Assembly (NCBI GenBank): GCA_039794365.1
Contig: JBDIVN010000009.1
Span: forward strand, 4,102-68,101
Origin: Vampirovibrionales bacterium
Lineage (GTDB): Bacteria > Cyanobacteriota > Vampirovibrionia > Vampirovibrionales > Vampirovibrionaceae
Direction of reading: 5' to 3'
Length of the DNA stretch: 64,000 nt
Positions 18,468 to 26,624 of this stretch are shown piece after piece. Below the pieces are notes generated by a model. It worked only from the letters and a program-made list of their open reading frames with translations. It was not told where the DNA came from and ran no database searches. Positions within the stretch are counted from its first letter, which is position 1. Each line of letters starts with the position of its first letter. Made by a program: the position numbers and the translations under genes.

Positions 18468-19280
18468 TTACTTCAGCCGTTCCCTGGCTTCCTGCAAAGC
18501 GATCTTATGGCGGGAGTCCAGGCTGGCCGCCTTCTCATACGCGGCAAGCGTCTGCGGCACGTTGCCCGCACGCTCGTAAAAACCGCCCAGGCGAGACTGG
18601 TCTTCGGCGCTGTCCGGTTTCGCCTGAAGCGCAAACAGGCTGGCTGCCGCCGCAAAAGCCTGGCGGGCCATGGCCTCGATATCAAGTGAGGTCTTCTCCA
18701 GCGCCCGGTAATAGTCCGGTGTACGGAACGGCTGGGTTCCGTCCTTGTTGGGGCGATCGAACACATTCACGGCGCGGGCCTGCCGGACAAGCCGCTCATC
18801 CTCCGCCGCCGTGGCCAGAAAATGCTGATCCCTGGCAATGATGGTCAGGAAGCGGCCCAGGTTTTCGTATCCCCGAAACAGGTCTTTTCCTTGGGGAAGA
18901 GCGTCAACGGCTTCCTGAAGCCGTAGAAGCCCCGTGTTGAGCTGGCCGTCGCCCAGGGCAACCCGTGCCTGATCCAGCAGCCGGACCGAGGATTTTTCCT
19001 TTGCCCGCCGGGTGGACAGCAGGGAGAGAAACGAGCCGGCATGGCGTATCCAGTTCAACGCCTTGTGGACCTGGTGCATCGGTTCCGGCTCTTCCGAAAT
19101 CAGATCGGCGGGGATAATCCTGGGCCGTCCGGAACTTTTGAACCCGTCACCGCTGAAACGCAGCTCGGTCAGGCTGCCGCACCGGGGCGTACCGGATCGG
19201 CTCGCCGATAATCCACCGGCAAAGGCTGGAGAAGAATGCGTTTTTGCGGCAGTCCTGACGGACAGGTTCATGAAGACCAA
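18468..19280 (-). CDS. hypothetical TPR-like protein
   Basis: Alpha-helical repeat character only. Confidence 0.35.
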   Translation of the reverse strand: MVFMNLSVRTAAKTHSSPAFAGGLSASRSGTPRCGSLTELRFSGDGFKSSGRPRIIPADLISEEPEPMHQVHKALNWIRHAGSFLSLLSTRRAKEKSSVRLLDQARVALGDGQLNTGLLRLQEAVDALPQGKDLFRGYENLGRFLTIIARDQHFLATAAEDERLVRQARAVNVFDRPNKDGTQPFRTPDYYRALEKTSLDIEAMARQAFAAAASLFALQAKPDSAEDQSRLGGFYERAGNVPQTLAAYEKAASLDSRHKIALQEARERLK

Positions 19281-19343
19281 CCCCTTCGATCCCTGACAAC
19301 ATTGCGCTCATTATAAAATAAAGAAAGTAGCAAGGCCAAACAG

Positions 19344-20354
19344 GTGAATGTCGTGCTTCAGACCGACCCGCTCCCCAACCTTGACGATATCCGGCAGGCC
19401 CGGCAACGTATTGCGACACGGGTCCGGCAGACACCGCTGCTTTTTTCGCCTCTGCTGGACGAACGCCTGGGCGGGCGGGTCCTGCTGAAGGCCGAATGCC
19501 TGCAGGTTGGCGGATCGTTCAAGCTGCGTGGTGCGCTTAGCTTCATTTCCACACTGGAGGAGTCCCGGCGTCGCCGGGGGGTGGTCACGTATTCCTCCGG
19601 CAACCACGCGCAGGCCGTGGCCTGTGTGGCGCAGTCCTTGGGTATTCCGGCCATCATTGTCATGCCCGCCGATGCGCCGGTGGTGAAGATCGAACGCACC
19701 CGCGCATACGGGGCCAGGGTTGTCTTCTACGAGCGCAACCGGGAAAACCGGCGGGAAAAAGCCGAGGTCCTGGCCAAGGAACACGGGATGACCCTGGTGC
19801 CGCCGTCGGATCACCCCTTGATTATTGCCGGGCAAGGCACCGTGGCGCTGGAAGTTTTCGAGCAATGCGACGCGCTGGGTTTTCGGCCCGACATGCTGCT
19901 GGCTCCGTGCAGCGGGGGCGGGCTGGTGGCGGGATGCGCCATTGCGGCGGAGGAAACCGGCACTGCCGTCTACGCCGTGGAGCCTGAAGGCTACGACGAT
20001 ACCCGGCTTTCGCTGGAAGCCGGACGCCGGGTTGCTATTGTGCCGGACAAGCCTTCCATCTGCGATGCCCTGCTGTTGCCCGAACCCGGCGGGCTGACCT
20101 TTGCCATCAACAAAGACCGCCTGGCAGGCAGCCTGGTGGTCAGTGACGATGAGGTGAAAGAAGCCATGACCGTGGCTTTAGACGAGTTCAAGGTCGTGTT
20201 GGAGCCGGGCGGCGCGGCGGCGCTGGCGGCGGCCCTTTCCGGCAGGATTGACGTGCGCGGGAAAACCGTGATTGCCATCGGTTCCGGCGGTAACGTGGAC
20301 AGCGGCCTTTTCGCCCGGAGCCTCCTGCGCGGGGAGGGTCCGGGCGCAGGTTGA
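19344..20354 (+). CDS. PLP-dependent threonine/serine dehydratase-family enzyme (fold type II)
   Basis: GSFKLRGA lysine motif, SSGNHAQAVA and a GSGGN glycine loop. The length is typical of catabolic threonine dehydratase or serine racemase. Confidence 0.75.
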   Translation: MNVVLQTDPLPNLDDIRQARQRIATRVRQTPLLFSPLLDERLGGRVLLKAECLQVGGSFKLRGALSFISTLEESRRRRGVVTYSSGNHAQAVACVAQSLGIPAIIVMPADAPVVKIERTRAYGARVVFYERNRENRREKAEVLAKEHGMTLVPPSDHPLIIAGQGTVALEVFEQCDALGFRPDMLLAPCSGGGLVAGCAIAAEETGTAVYAVEPEGYDDTRLSLEAGRRVAIVPDKPSICDALLLPEPGGLTFAINKDRLAGSLVVSDDEVKEAMTVALDEFKVVLEPGGAAALAAALSGRIDVRGKTVIAIGSGGNVDSGLFARSLLRGEGPGAG

Positions 20355-20426
20355 CCCATGCTTAAAAACCGCCTTGCCGTGTGATATAACTCTGGGGGTA
20401 CCAAGCCTGATCCTGGAGAATCCCCC

Positions 20427-21305
20427 TTGGAAGTCGCTCTCGCCACCAGCAAAGAACTGCCGGATCTTGATCGGGACGATCAGCTGCTTCATCGTCGCCT
20501 GGTCCAGTTGGGCGTGGATGCCCGGCCCGTCATCTGGAATGATCCGGCGGTGACCTGGACCGATATCCCGCTGTGCGTCATTCGCTCCACATGGGATTAC
20601 CAGAACCGGCGCCAGGAGTACCTGGACTGGACCCGCCGCATCGCGGCGCAGACCTGCCTGCTCAACCCGTCCGCCGTTATCGGGTGGAACACGGACAAGG
20701 GGTATCTTCAACGGTTCGAGGCCGCCGGGATTCCCGTGGTTCCCACCTTCTGGCTGGAACCGGGATCAGCCGCCTCCCTGCATGATATTCTGGCCGAACG
20801 CGGCTGGAGCGAGGCGGTGATTAAACCCCGTGTTTCCGCCTCCGCCAAGGGAACCCACCGGGTCAGCCTGGACGAGGCCGGTGCCGGGCAGCGGCAACTC
20901 GACGCCCTGCTGGCGGAGCAAGCGGTGATGATCCAGCCCTTCCTGAAAAGCATCGAGACGGACGGCGAGTATTCGTTGATGTTCGTGGAGCGGGAATTCA
21001 CCCATGCCATCCGGAAACGTCCCGGCAAGGGAGACTTCCGGGTGCAGGAGGAACTGGGCGGCTCGACGGTGCCCATCGATGCGGACCCGGCCATGCTGGA
21101 ACTGGCCGGACGGATCATGGACCGGGTGGACGGGGATGTCCTGTACGCCCGTGTTGACCTGATGCGAACCGATGACGGTGCCCTGTGCCTCAGCGAGCTG
21201 GAACTGGTGGAGCCTTCCATGCACCTGCGCGAAAGCGAAACCGGCCTGGACCGCTTCGCCCGCGCCATCATCGCCCGGATTCCCGCCCGGAAAACCGTCG
21301 CCTGA
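20427..21305 (+). CDS. ATP-grasp domain protein (RimK/GshB-like ligase)
   Basis: ATP-grasp topology cues (EAVIKPRVSASAKGTHRV, MIQPFL, DGALCLSELE). Probable TTG start. Confidence 0.5.
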   Translation: MEVALATSKELPDLDRDDQLLHRRLVQLGVDARPVIWNDPAVTWTDIPLCVIRSTWDYQNRRQEYLDWTRRIAAQTCLLNPSAVIGWNTDKGYLQRFEAAGIPVVPTFWLEPGSAASLHDILAERGWSEAVIKPRVSASAKGTHRVSLDEAGAGQRQLDALLAEQAVMIQPFLKSIETDGEYSLMFVEREFTHAIRKRPGKGDFRVQEELGGSTVPIDADPAMLELAGRIMDRVDGDVLYARVDLMRTDDGALCLSELELVEPSMHLRESETGLDRFARAIIARIPARKTVA

Positions 21306-21401
21306 TCGGTTAACGGGCGGGTTTTTGGAAACCGTCGGGATTTGATCCATAATATTCAGCAGGCACTTCATATAGAGAGAACCGCAGGAGAGGATTTGAG
21401 A

Positions 21402-21884
21402 ATGAAAAAGCTGTTCGCCGCCGCATCGATCGTCATGCTCACCACTGTTTCCGTGGCGTCGCTGGCTTACGCCGAGAAGTGGGTTCAGGTGAAAAAAAGC
21501 AAGGACGGCTCCCCAACCCTCTTCGTCGATCAGGATAACATCACCGAGAAAGACGGCCTGCGGTTTTTCATCCTTCAGAGCATTATGCTTCGCCCTGAGA
21601 TGAAAAAGGAGGCCGATCGCCGCAAGGTGGCCTTCATCAAGCATCCCGTCGATTGCTCCACCCGCAGCATCTATCCGTATCTTAAGGTCCAGGTTCTCAA
21701 TGGCAACGGAAAACTGCTCAAGGCGCAGGACCAGCAACTGGACAAGGTGCTGAAGACCAGCAGGAGCATCTACGAATTGCCGGGCGGAGAGGCGGTTTTT
21801 GACGTGGTTTGCGCCCCGAACGCGAAGCTCAAGCCGGAAGAAAGTCCGAACGTTGGCCGGAAAGCCGAAGAAAAGGCTGAGTAG
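21402..21884 (+). CDS. hypothetical secreted protein
   Basis: Signal peptide MKKLFAAASIVMLTTVSVASLAYA. No known domain. Confidence 0.45.
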   Translation: MKKLFAAASIVMLTTVSVASLAYAEKWVQVKKSKDGSPTLFVDQDNITEKDGLRFFILQSIMLRPEMKKEADRRKVAFIKHPVDCSTRSIYPYLKVQVLNGNGKLLKAQDQQLDKVLKTSRSIYELPGGEAVFDVVCAPNAKLKPEESPNVGRKAEEKAE

Positions 21885-21960
21885 CATTCGGGCAATTTGC
21901 CCCCGGTTTTTGTTTCTGTTGAAGTGTGAATGTGGGAAAAAGTCCGACGGGAACGAGTGA

Positions 21961-22614
21961 GTGTTACAACCTGCCCTGAACCCCAATACGTCCGCCTTTG
22001 CCGCCATGTCGCCGGTAGGCTTTTCGGGCAGGAGTTGCGCCAACGGAGAGTTCGTCACCCGGCGCGACATGGCCCGCGATGAAACGGCGGCTTTGCTGGA
22101 ATCCAAAAATGTTCCCGCGATCCTGGCCGAAAAGTTCGACGCCACCCTGTGGCACATTCTGCGTCATACGGCGCGGGGCGGGCGCGAGGTCTATTACCTG
22201 ACCCTGGACCGGCGCAACAACGACACCCTGAAGCGCATTGCCGAATCCCCCGAAAAGCTGGAACTGCTGAAAGACTGGCTGGCTGAAAAGAAACCGGCGT
22301 TGCAGGACGATTTTGAGGCTGCCCGCAAGCAAAGCGAAGAAACGGGAGACAGCCGCTCCGTTCACCGATGGATTCGCCTGAACCGCAAGGCGATTGACTG
22401 GTTCGTCAACGACCGCCAGAAGGAATTTTCCGCCGAACTCTCCCACTGGCTGGATGAAAACCGCGATGCCCTGACGGCTCTCTTTGCGAAAGCCCTGAAC
22501 CTGCACGGGGAGAACATCAGCCTTCTGCCGCGGCTGGTGGATACCTGCTGCTTCGCCCGCTGCACCTCCTGCCTCAACAGCCGCCCCGAACTGCGCAAAA
22601 GCTGGGTGGTTTAG
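21961..22614 (+). CDS. hypothetical protein
   Basis: ORF only. The probable true start is the internal Met (MARDETAALL). Confidence 0.3.
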   Translation: MLQPALNPNTSAFAAMSPVGFSGRSCANGEFVTRRDMARDETAALLESKNVPAILAEKFDATLWHILRHTARGGREVYYLTLDRRNNDTLKRIAESPEKLELLKDWLAEKKPALQDDFEAARKQSEETGDSRSVHRWIRLNRKAIDWFVNDRQKEFSAELSHWLDENRDALTALFAKALNLHGENISLLPRLVDTCCFARCTSCLNSRPELRKSWVV

Positions 22615-22725
22615 GAAACGGACTGTTAAAATTCCGTAACCTGAACCGGGTGAGGTAACACGTTATACATTTGAGCCGTTTTTCTCCTGAACAACACAGC
22701 AACACTGGCAGGAGCAATTTAGAGC

Positions 22726-24417
22726 ATGACGGTTCAGTCCTCACCACCCATTTATATGGCGGGTAACCTGTGGACCCGGGTCCAGGAAGGTTTTGCCAAC
22801 GGCAAAAGGCATAAAAAACTCCACAGAATGCCATCCAAGGATTTCTTTTCAACCCAGGGATTTATCAATCCTGAAGTCATGACCCCGGAAAACTTCCTGA
22901 AGCTTTGCGTATCAAATCCGGATGTTGCGGAAAAGCTCCATCATTTTTTTGAACTCCGGCAGGATCAAATCGATCGGGTTGTCGGGAGTCCGGAATATCA
23001 GGAAGCCGATGATCAGAAACAGGTGCAAATGATTCTGGAAGCCACGGCCATCGGCATTGGAAAGATTGCCCAGATTCTGGCCGATAACGAGTCGATCTCA
23101 CCGGAATTGCGCAGCTTTTTCAAAAATTTCAAAAGCAACGGCACCCCAACCCGGACGTTGGGACAAACCCAGAGACTGGTGGATCAGCTGTATGGCAACG
23201 GACAGTACGAATTGGAGTCCCTGCTGGGAGTTGGAACCATTGCCGAGAGCTACCGGGCCTTTTCCCAGTCGCAGGACGGTAAAGCCCTGAAGATTCTGAA
23301 AGACGGGGTGAACAGCGAATCCCTAGAGGCGGAACGCCAATTGGTCAAGGCATTGATCAGTGCATTTGCCGATCCGATGCGCAAGGAGATGGTGTTGCGT
23401 TCCATTGACCGCTTATATGAAGGATGGCAGGAAGAACTCGATTTCAGCCATGAGGCCCAAGCCGCCCGTGATTTGTCCTGCAAGGCCCGAAGATTCCGGG
23501 TTGCGCAGCCGGTGGCGGAAGGGGTTGCGCCTGATGGCCAGGTCATTTCCGTCGTCTATGATATGGCCCAGGGAATAGAAATGGCAAAATTGATCGAACT
23601 GATCCAGCTTTACAAAAAGAGTCCTCGGGAATATGCCGCATCCCAAAAGGTTCTAAGTCTGAGATCCCGTTATCCCTGGCTGAAAAACCCGTCCGAATGG
23701 ATGGACAAGCTGCCAAAGGCGTTCATACAGGCTTATAACGAACAGATCATGATTCCTTCCCGAAAAGGGCGGCGGGTTCATGGTGATCCTCATGGCGGGA
23801 ACATGTTTGTTGACGTCCAGAACGGCAAACCCCTAATTACCTTTATCGATACCGGCTTGACCTATTGGAAAACCCAGAATGACATTCTGGATGAACTGGG
23901 TCTTACCCTCAGCTTCATGACCGGAAATGCCGAGGCCCTGGCTGAAAAACTGGCGAATCTTTCCGAACCCGTCATTCCGGCAATTGATAAAGAGGAGGCA
24001 ATTCCGGCAATTGCCTACCATCTGAGAAAGGAACTGTTCCGTTCGGGGTCCAGCCTGCTGGATGCAAAACAAAACTTCGAACTGATTTGTACTATCCTGA
24101 GGAATTACGGACTGGAACTGTCACCCGGCCATGCTATAAAATTCAAGGCTTCCATTCAGGCTCAGAATACATACAAGGCAATAGCCGAGGCCGCAGGAAT
24201 CCAGCCAAACCCGATCCAGGACTCCCTGTCGGATATTTTCCGGGGCCTGGTGAAGATTGCGGGCACGAACCCCTTGAAAACCGGTCGTGAGATTCTTCCC
24301 CTGTTACGGCATTGCTACCGCCAGCCTGGGGAGGCTTCCGCAGCTTTGGGGCAATTTGTTCCCAGGAAGGATTCCTCAGCTTCCGGGTCTTACGGAAACG
24401 TTGGCTTGACAGCCTGA
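22726..24417 (+). CDS. protein-kinase-like (ABC1/UbiB/APH-type) fold protein
   Basis: HGDPHGGNMFV is the catalytic-loop analogue of the ABC1/aminoglycoside-kinase HxDxHxGN motif, followed by FIDTG (DFG-like). Confidence 0.5.
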   Translation: MTVQSSPPIYMAGNLWTRVQEGFANGKRHKKLHRMPSKDFFSTQGFINPEVMTPENFLKLCVSNPDVAEKLHHFFELRQDQIDRVVGSPEYQEADDQKQVQMILEATAIGIGKIAQILADNESISPELRSFFKNFKSNGTPTRTLGQTQRLVDQLYGNGQYELESLLGVGTIAESYRAFSQSQDGKALKILKDGVNSESLEAERQLVKALISAFADPMRKEMVLRSIDRLYEGWQEELDFSHEAQAARDLSCKARRFRVAQPVAEGVAPDGQVISVVYDMAQGIEMAKLIELIQLYKKSPREYAASQKVLSLRSRYPWLKNPSEWMDKLPKAFIQAYNEQIMIPSRKGRRVHGDPHGGNMFVDVQNGKPLITFIDTGLTYWKTQNDILDELGLTLSFMTGNAEALAEKLANLSEPVIPAIDKEEAIPAIAYHLRKELFRSGSSLLDAKQNFELICTILRNYGLELSPGHAIKFKASIQAQNTYKAIAEAAGIQPNPIQDSLSDIFRGLVKIAGTNPLKTGREILPLLRHCYRQPGEASAALGQFVPRKDSSASGSYGNVGLTA

Positions 24418-24435
24418 AAGCAAGGCCGTCGGCTT

Positions 24436-25449
24436 TTACTTCTGTGCCTGGTTCCGGCGTCCGTAGATGGCGCGGATGGTGGTGCGGTCGCGGACGGAGA
24501 GAGTGGTGAGGTTGTTGGTGTAGGGATACATGATGTCGTAGGGTGACGGGCTGTGCCCCACCATGCCCAGGGCATGGCCGAACTCGTGGATCAGCGTGGC
24601 GTAGATGACTTCCGGGGGATAGGGACGCTGGGTCAGTCGGTCGAACGTGGCCATCTCCATCCGGTGGGGAACCAGGCGGTCACCGATTCCCTGAACGTAC
24701 GTCAGGCCCACGGTATGTCCCTGCTGGTAGGGTTGCATGGCCGGCCCCAGCGCATTGACCCATTCGATGCGGATGTGCGCCTCCTCCGATGATTCCACCA
24801 TCACGTAGGACAGGCCGCCGCCTGCGGCATTCACCCACTGGTCCAGCGCCCTCGGCACCAGATCGTAATAGCGGGTTGCCCGGCTGCTTTTCTGCACGTG
24901 GACCCGGATGGGCATGTCTTCCGGGTACCAGTGTGCCACGAACTGGCCCATGGCGATATGTTCCAGGTAGTGGCCCCGTTCACTCTGCCCGGCGGCAATC
25001 ATTTTCTCCGTCATCTTCTCCTGGAGGGCCACCAGCTGCGTATTGGGGTCATAGGTGGTGCTGGTATCGTAGCGGACGGTATTTCCCTTGAGCTGGCTGT
25101 TCAGACGGTTTAGGGCGATCTTCGACAGCCGCCCGGCACGGGTTTCCGGCGCAATCTGCGTGATGTGATGGTAGATCTCCCCGGCTTCCGGCAGCCGCCG
25201 AAGTTTTGCCAGGGCGTTGGCTTGGTAGTACAGGATGGCGGGGTTTTCCTGACCGGCTGCGGCAGTTGCGGCACCGGCCTTTTCGAAATAGGCCAGCGCT
25301 TTTTCATATTCATGCTGCTGGTACAGCCGGACGCCCGTCTCAAATTCGCCGGTATCGCTTGAAAATACCGGACCCGCGTTCAGCAGGGCCGCCAGGGTCA
25401 GTATCGCCAGCGCGGCAGAAAGTTTCCTTGAAATGCTTGCCATGATCAC
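24436..25449 (-). CDS. secreted TPR-domain metzincin-like zinc metalloprotease
   Basis: Signal peptide and N-terminal TPR repeats. The C-terminal HEFGHALGMVGH...MYP combines a HExxHxxGxxH zinc site with a Met-turn. Confidence 0.65.
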   Translation of the reverse strand: MIMASISRKLSAALAILTLAALLNAGPVFSSDTGEFETGVRLYQQHEYEKALAYFEKAGAATAAAGQENPAILYYQANALAKLRRLPEAGEIYHHITQIAPETRAGRLSKIALNRLNSQLKGNTVRYDTSTTYDPNTQLVALQEKMTEKMIAAGQSERGHYLEHIAMGQFVAHWYPEDMPIRVHVQKSSRATRYYDLVPRALDQWVNAAGGGLSYVMVESSEEAHIRIEWVNALGPAMQPYQQGHTVGLTYVQGIGDRLVPHRMEMATFDRLTQRPYPPEVIYATLIHEFGHALGMVGHSPSPYDIMYPYTNNLTTLSVRDRTTIRAIYGRRNQAQK

Positions 25450-25596
25450 TTGAGAATTGGTCCCCTCAACGTTCCACAGGCTCTGTTTACATAAGTGTCG
25501 GCAGGTGCTCCCGAAAATTGAATGGGGCCGTTGAAAACCGGGCTAAGGTCATTACACTCTCAACAGAAGAAGTCAGGTTAAACAACAGGGGTGCAA

Positions 25597-26006
25597 CGAT
25601 GATCGCTTTGGACACATTCGGCCAGTGGATTCGCCATGCCCTGGTCTGGTCTGTCATCCGGCTGGCCTACGGCAAACAGCCACCGAAAAAAACCGATGCC
25701 TACGAGATGCAGGACCCCGACGAGGCGGTGACCCGCCTGCTGGACAGGAAGAACTGGCAGGAGTGGGAGGCCGACAGCCCTCGCCGGGTGGGGGAACCCA
25801 TTCGGGAACCGAGTATCTATGATCACCTGGATCACTATTTTCGGGAATGTAGCAGTCTGAAATCCGGTAATGACTGGAAGCGGCGGTTCAAGTTCTCCGA
25901 GACCGGCGATTGCATCCTGCTGGAAGGCGACCGGTTGGCCGTGGTGGCCTTTGAGTTGAACGAAATGCTGAAGCTGCCCGCGCCGGAAGCGGCAAAAAGC
26001 CAGTGA
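25597..26006 (+). CDS. hypothetical protein (paralog A)
   Basis: Shares the C-terminal Cys-containing motif (YDHLD..Y...C...F.F.E.GDC.L..GD....A.EL) with the next gene. Confidence 0.4.
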
Positions 26007-26026
26007 GAGTGGAGGAGGCAACGAGA

Positions 26027-26566
26027 ATGAGACAAGCAAACCATCTGTTGGACGGAAAATTCTACGGCGATGTCATCCGGGTCCTGGAACGGTTCTGGAC
26101 CCTGCCGGAAATGCAGCAGAAAATGGACCGGCTGGCCCATGTCTTCTGGAGTCTGTATGAGGAAATCCGAATCCGGCAGCAGGAGGACCGCTTTGAGGCC
26201 AGCTTCCGGCTGGAGGAAAACCTGCCTCCCGATGCCGAAGAAGACGAGGTTCCCGATGAGGATCTGATCCTGCCGCCGGAAGATGCCATCTACGCCTTTC
26301 TTGAAGAGAAAAACTGGGAACCCCTGCTGCCTGACGATGATCGCCCCATCAGCCGGGCGCGGCGGGAAAAAACCGTTTATGACTGCCTGGATGAGCAATA
26401 CCTGGGTACCTGCGGCAAAAAGCCGGAAGAGAAGTCCCTGGGCATGTTCCGGTTTACCGAGGACGGCGAGTGCCTGGTCATCCACGGAGACAAATGGAAC
26501 GCCATCGCCTGGGAACTAGAGCAACTCTACAACAGCCCCCCGGCGCCCCGCGCCCTGATGAGCTGA
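26027..26566 (+). CDS. hypothetical protein (paralog B)
   Basis: GGAGGAGG RBS 8 nt upstream of ATG. The C-terminal region is paralogous to 25597-26006. Confidence 0.45.
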   Translation: MRQANHLLDGKFYGDVIRVLERFWTLPEMQQKMDRLAHVFWSLYEEIRIRQQEDRFEASFRLEENLPPDAEEDEVPDEDLILPPEDAIYAFLEEKNWEPLLPDDDRPISRARREKTVYDCLDEQYLGTCGKKPEEKSLGMFRFTEDGECLVIHGDKWNAIAWELEQLYNSPPAPRALMS

Positions 26567-26570
26567 TGCC

Positions 26571-26612
26571 CGTTCACCCGCCCAGAATCCCCCACAATTC
26601 TTATGCGGGCGG
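26571..26612. terminator. inverted repeat (CACCCGCCC...GGGCGGGTG) between convergent genes
   Basis: 9-bp perfect stem seen directly, lying between the paralog B stop and the recG stop. Confidence 0.4.
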
Positions 26613-26624
26613 GTGACCGGGATT

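Noticed and set aside
20766-22157. 463-aa minus-strand ORF
   Set aside because: Overlaps the ATP-grasp gene, the secreted-protein gene and the hypothetical on the opposite strand. It has no motifs and is an antisense artefact.
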